From positions 186,001-250,000 of the forward strand of contig LSRY02000064.1 of assembly GCA_001643675.2 (NCBI GenBank): a stretch of 64,000 bases of DNA. The letters run 5' to 3'. The position numbers were made by a program, and so were the translations under genes. The DNA comes from Monocercomonoides exilis PA203. Its lineage: Eukaryota > Protista > Preaxostyla. Positions 60,141 to 64,000 of this stretch are shown piece by piece. The first letter of the stretch is position 1; every line of letters starts with the position of its first letter. The notes under the pieces were generated by a model. The model worked only from the letters and a program-made list of their open reading frames with translations. It was not told the DNA's origin and did no database searches.

Positions 60141-61217
60141 AACGACGAGGAGGAGCGAGCTGTTGAGCTCTGCTTAATCAATTTATCCACTTCTTCTGTT
60201 TATGTTTGATGAAGCTGCTGAACCGAATAAAAGGAAAGGAAATTTGTTAGCTGTTCAAAGACGAAAAGAAAAAAGAGAAATAACTATTATTTATAAATTG
60301 GTTTCAATAATTTTGTTTTCTTATCGTTTTTTCTGTTCTTATTTTAAATTTTTTCTTTTCAATGTTTTGTTTTTCCAGTTAAGAAATATCTATTTACCTT
60401 TTAAAGATTGGTTTTTCAATTTTTATAAAACTTGATCAAAAAATTCTTTTTCGCCAAAAACATAAAAAATGTATGTTTTTATCTATAAATAAATAAAACA
60501 AATAAATATAACAGAAATAAAAGCTAAATACTTGCAAAAAATCATTTATATTCTTTGATCATTAAATACCACAAAAGAATTTATTTTTTCGATTTTTGAT
60601 CTTTTTTTATGATGTCAAAAAAAATCACCCATATCATAAAACTGCTCCACCCAAAAGTGTTGTTTTTTAATGTTATTTATGATAATTTTGTTGAAATTAA
60701 GAAAATCATAAAACTGAAGCAGGCGTTTTTTTACACTTATGCCAAACCATTCAGTGTTTTTCTTTATTAATTTTTAATGAGCAAACAATAAAAAAATTTA
60801 ATTGTCTTTTTTTTTAATTTTCTAAATACAGCACCTTCCAACACTTTTCATTTAAAACATATCTTCTAAAAAAAGACATGATTCTTATATTTGAATGTGT
60901 TTCTTTTTTCTTTTTTCACACTAAAAATTATGGGTTATGCACCAATTGGGATTACACCGTAATCGATTACTTCACAAAAATATTATGTTGGTTTGATCAA
61001 AAAGAAACAAAAGATTTCCTTTTTTGGCTTCACACAGCAAATCCTTGGGGCTTATTCGCATTTTCTTTTGCACTTCTTTTTATAAAGCAAAAATTTAACG
61101 GTTTGTTTTACGATCATTTTTATTTTGAGAGATAATCAATGTTGTTTGTTTTTATCTTTTATTTTGTTGCTTGTAAAGATTTTCCTTTGTTTTGAAAATT
61201 TTTTTAAAACAAGCAGA

Positions 61218-62690
61218 ATGAGTTTGCCAGATGATGATTATTCAGAATATGAACCTCTGACTACATCCAGAACTGTGCAATTTTCAAGTTTGCCATTTTA
61301 TTTGGTTTGAACAGTTTTGAACAAATATTTGTATTTTGAAACGTGTTTGCAGAATTGTTCGATGAACTTGATCATTGCGGAGAAGATGAACAAACGCAGA
61401 AAATAAGAGAAATGAATGAAATAATCGAAGAAATGAATGAAATAGTTGAAGAAATGGATTATAATGAATTTAGATCAATTTTCACAACAAGAATGTTCAA
61501 TAAAATAGAAAAAATGATCGAGGAAAATACAATGTCATTGGAAAGTGCGATCTTGCTGTTGAAGCACATTGGATATTGCAAAATGCTGAAAATGATTTTA
61601 TCATATTCTTTTGATTATTCATCATTGAGCGAAAGATTAAAAAAGATGATAATCGAAGAGCAAAAGGAAAAAGAAGAAAAGAACGAAAAGCTTTTAGTTG
61701 ATCTTTGCGAATGCTATATTCAACTCAATCGCAACTTTTCGCCTGAATTGCTTTCAATTTGTATTCCTTGCCTTCTTGTAGTTGCTTTGAACAAAGAAGA
61801 AAAGGAGGAAAGCAAAAAAGATGTGGAAATTGTTTTACTGACTTTGTGTCGCATTGTGATATGTTATGTTTGATTTTGCTTTACTCTCTTAGTTGACTTG
61901 ATTTTGCTTTTTTTTTCTTATTTTTTTGAAAGTTTATCGAACAAAAATTATATCTGAACGAAATAAAAGAAATTATCCAATATCATCAGGAACACAGAAA
62001 TCTGACTCGACTGGCCTATCAATCTGCCTGGAAGTTTTTGATTTTTAGAATGCGAAAAGACGATAGCTTGGAAGAAGTGATAACGAAAGAACTGCATTTT
62101 GCAAGAGAGGTGGCAAGTGAATTAGAAGATCAAATGAAATGTGTGGATTGGAAGAGAGAGAAAGAAGAAAGAGGGAAAGAAACGAAAGAAGAGGTTGCTT
62201 TATTGAGATGGCTTGATACAATTAATTGTTTCTTTAACTCATGTAGATCATGGAATGAAGACTTTGCTGGACTTATCAGACGAACTGTTCAGATACTTAG
62301 AGCATCAAGAGAAAATTACAAAAAAATTCACGTTAAATGCCTACATTCGATTCAAAGAGCAGCGGAAGAAAAAATCGTGAAAATTGATGACTTACTGAAA
62401 GGAGAATCTGTGGATATTATTTTGGAGGAGATTCAGCAGCCAACAACTTATAATAATGCGATGATGAATTGTTTGTATTTCTTTTTGGAAATTTCAGAAA
62501 GACTGAAAGAAAAAACAGATAACAAAGCCAATGAAGCGAAAAGAATGGAGTTGAAAAGAAAGATATTTGAAAAGATGGAAGAAAAAGGATACGAAGATAC
62601 CATTGCAAGCCTTTATGGAGTGATTTCTTTTGTTTACTTAGATTTAACGAATTATCAAAATATTTTGCAGATTATTTTGTGAATATCTGA
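61218..62690 (+). CDS. Member of a lineage-expanded alpha-helical (ARM-like) hypothetical protein family; 3 exons, probable frameshift near the C-terminus
   Basis: Exons start MSLPDDD..., ELFDELDHC... and FIEQKLYLNEIKEIIQYHQEHRNLTRLAYQSAWKFL. The family-type ending ELSKYFADYFVNI* lies in a shifted frame and ends at 62690. Confidence 0.75.
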
Positions 62691-62840
62691 GAAATTGAAA
62701 TGTGTTACACTTTGATGCACAAAAATCAGAAGAACTGCTAAATTTCAGACCAGTTTTCTTTATCCTCCATTACCTTATTTTGAAATTTTTAGCTTTGAAA
62801 GCCCAGAATTATTTTTTTAAAAGAGTTTTACGAATATTGG

Positions 62841-62881
<41 letters not shown>

Positions 62882-62948
62882 GAAGTATAATTGCTTTGAC
62901 TTTCCCCTTATTCTTTTTAGAAGAGAAAAACAAAGGACAAACTCTTTT

Positions 62949-64000
62949 TCAATTCTTCAAAAAATAATCAAAAGGATCAGATGATAAATTATAATCATAA
63001 TTGAAATATTCCAATAATTCACTGAAACTTAAAATAATGTCTTCATATCCTTCTTCTTCGCATTTATCATATATCATCCGTTTTATCAACCTAAATGGTG
63101 CCTTTTCTGCATATTCAATTGATTTTTCATTCATCAATTTTAAAGAAGATGTTCCACTTTTTTTAATTTCATTTTGAGAATGTTTTTGATCACCCTCATA
63201 TGAACAGTCTTCCATTTTGCTTGGAAGCGTATGAAAGAAAATAAGGCAGTACTCAGTTGAATAATCATCCAACGTTGACTCGAAAATCATCTTCAAGACG
63301 AACATAACAGACCCACTCTTCCATAAGTAACAAATTGATTTTTCACTGTTCATTTCTTCAAAAAGTTGAATGCAATCTCTTACAACAAAAATAAAATTAT
63401 CCTTCGTTAAATTGCAAATTTTGACAATGCATTCAATTAAATTGGAAAAAATTTCATTCCATAAATGATTGTCCCAAGAAAAATAACTATAGATTGTTGA
63501 GCACCATCTTCGAATAATAAAAACTTCTTTAACCTTTTTTAATTTATTTTCTCTTTTCGTCCAGCAAATATGTTCAGCAAGCTCTTCCAATTCTCTTGTT
63601 GCTTCTCCAGCAAAATGCAAAACATTCACAATTTCATTTTCAATGGTAATGTCCCCCCTTAATCTTTCAATTAAAAATTGCCAAGCGGATTGATATGCAA
63701 GACGAGTCAAATTGTGATGTTCTTGATGATACTCGATGATTTCTAATATCTTCTTTAGGTGCAATTCTTTTTCTGCTTTCTATTGGAGAAAAAAAAAAAA
63801 ATAAAGAAAAAGAAAAAGAAAAATTGATAATCAACTGAGAGAAAAATGGTTGCACACAATATAGTGTGGTAGATTACTTAAAGCTAATAAAGATATTTCA
63901 GCTTCATTTTCCACTTCCTCATTTTTATTTTTGTTTAAATCCGATTTTAAAAGGAATTGTATGCATTTTGAAATGACCTTTTTTGGTGGATCATAGCCCA
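62949..64000 (-). CDS. Convergent paralogue of the same family, 5' end outside the window
   Basis: EAEISLLALSNL|intron|KAEKELHLKKILEIIEYHQEHHNLTRLAYQSAWQFL...EEEGYEDII...DYFLKN*. Confidence 0.8.

Larger units (their letters stand above)
38383..60631. mobile_element. Unit B: ~22-kb TGGG...CCCA-type element with both TIRs, TA on each side, decayed cargo and a nested Sola cluster
   Basis: TA|TGGGTGATTTTTTTTGATATCATAAAAAA ... TTTTTATGATGTCAAAAAAAATCACCCA|TA. It shares terminal regions and a decayed internal gene (MSAREVRA, SVL[IV]NEYL) with unit A. Confidence 0.75.
20786..60743 (-). mobile_element. Probable Merlin (IS1595/ISXO2-like) DNA transposon with 171-bp TIRs, inflated to ~40 kb by nested insertions
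   Basis: Left TIR 20786-20956 starts GGCATAAGTATAAAAAAACGCC. Its reverse complement is rebuilt by 31340-31400 plus 60632-60743 (ending ...GGCGTTTTTTTACACTTATGCC). The Merlin transposase lies between, with its ATG ~0.8 kb from the inner edge of the split TIR. GG termini fit Merlin. No 8-9-bp TSD was found (taatcaaa vs aaaccatt). Confidence 0.65.

Noticed and set aside
62845-62879. ~35-nt poly-T about 70 bp beyond the stop of the - strand gene, as a retrocopy tail
   Set aside because: The gene retains an intron and no TSD is visible. Treated as a homopolymer.

Overview
Eukaryotic, AT-rich, intron-containing DNA with very Ser-rich proteins. The gene families (HQEHxNLTRLAYQSAW proteins, Pmp-like GG-x-I surface proteins) suggest an oxymonad such as Monocercomonoides; this is inference. 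Positions 1-18.1 kb hold ordinary host genes: Vps11 (missed by the ORF track), a secreted GH13 alpha-amylase, a TBC Rab-GAP, a tandem double tetraspanin-like protein and a TPT/SLC35-like transporter inflated by Ser-rich inserts. Positions ~19-60.7 kb are one nested stack of DNA transposons. A decayed hAT is cut by the end of a probable Merlin element (171-bp TIRs at 20786 and 60743). That interval contains an intact DD35D pogo and a ~1-kb foldback element. Its right TIR is split by a 29.2-kb TA-duplicating insertion, whose empty site is visible in the left TIR. The insertion consists of two related TGGG...CCCA units carrying gene fragments, a DD33E IS630/Tc1 element and the standout feature. 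That feature is an apparently intact 5.1-kb Sola2-like transposon (GAG...CTC ends, GATC on both flanks) whose spliced ~1241-aa transposase contains a catalytically complete USP/C19 deubiquitinase domain. All four Sola-type ends in the window abut the terminal GATC of the same 117-bp palindromic unit. The window ends with two convergent members of a lineage-expanded helical protein family.
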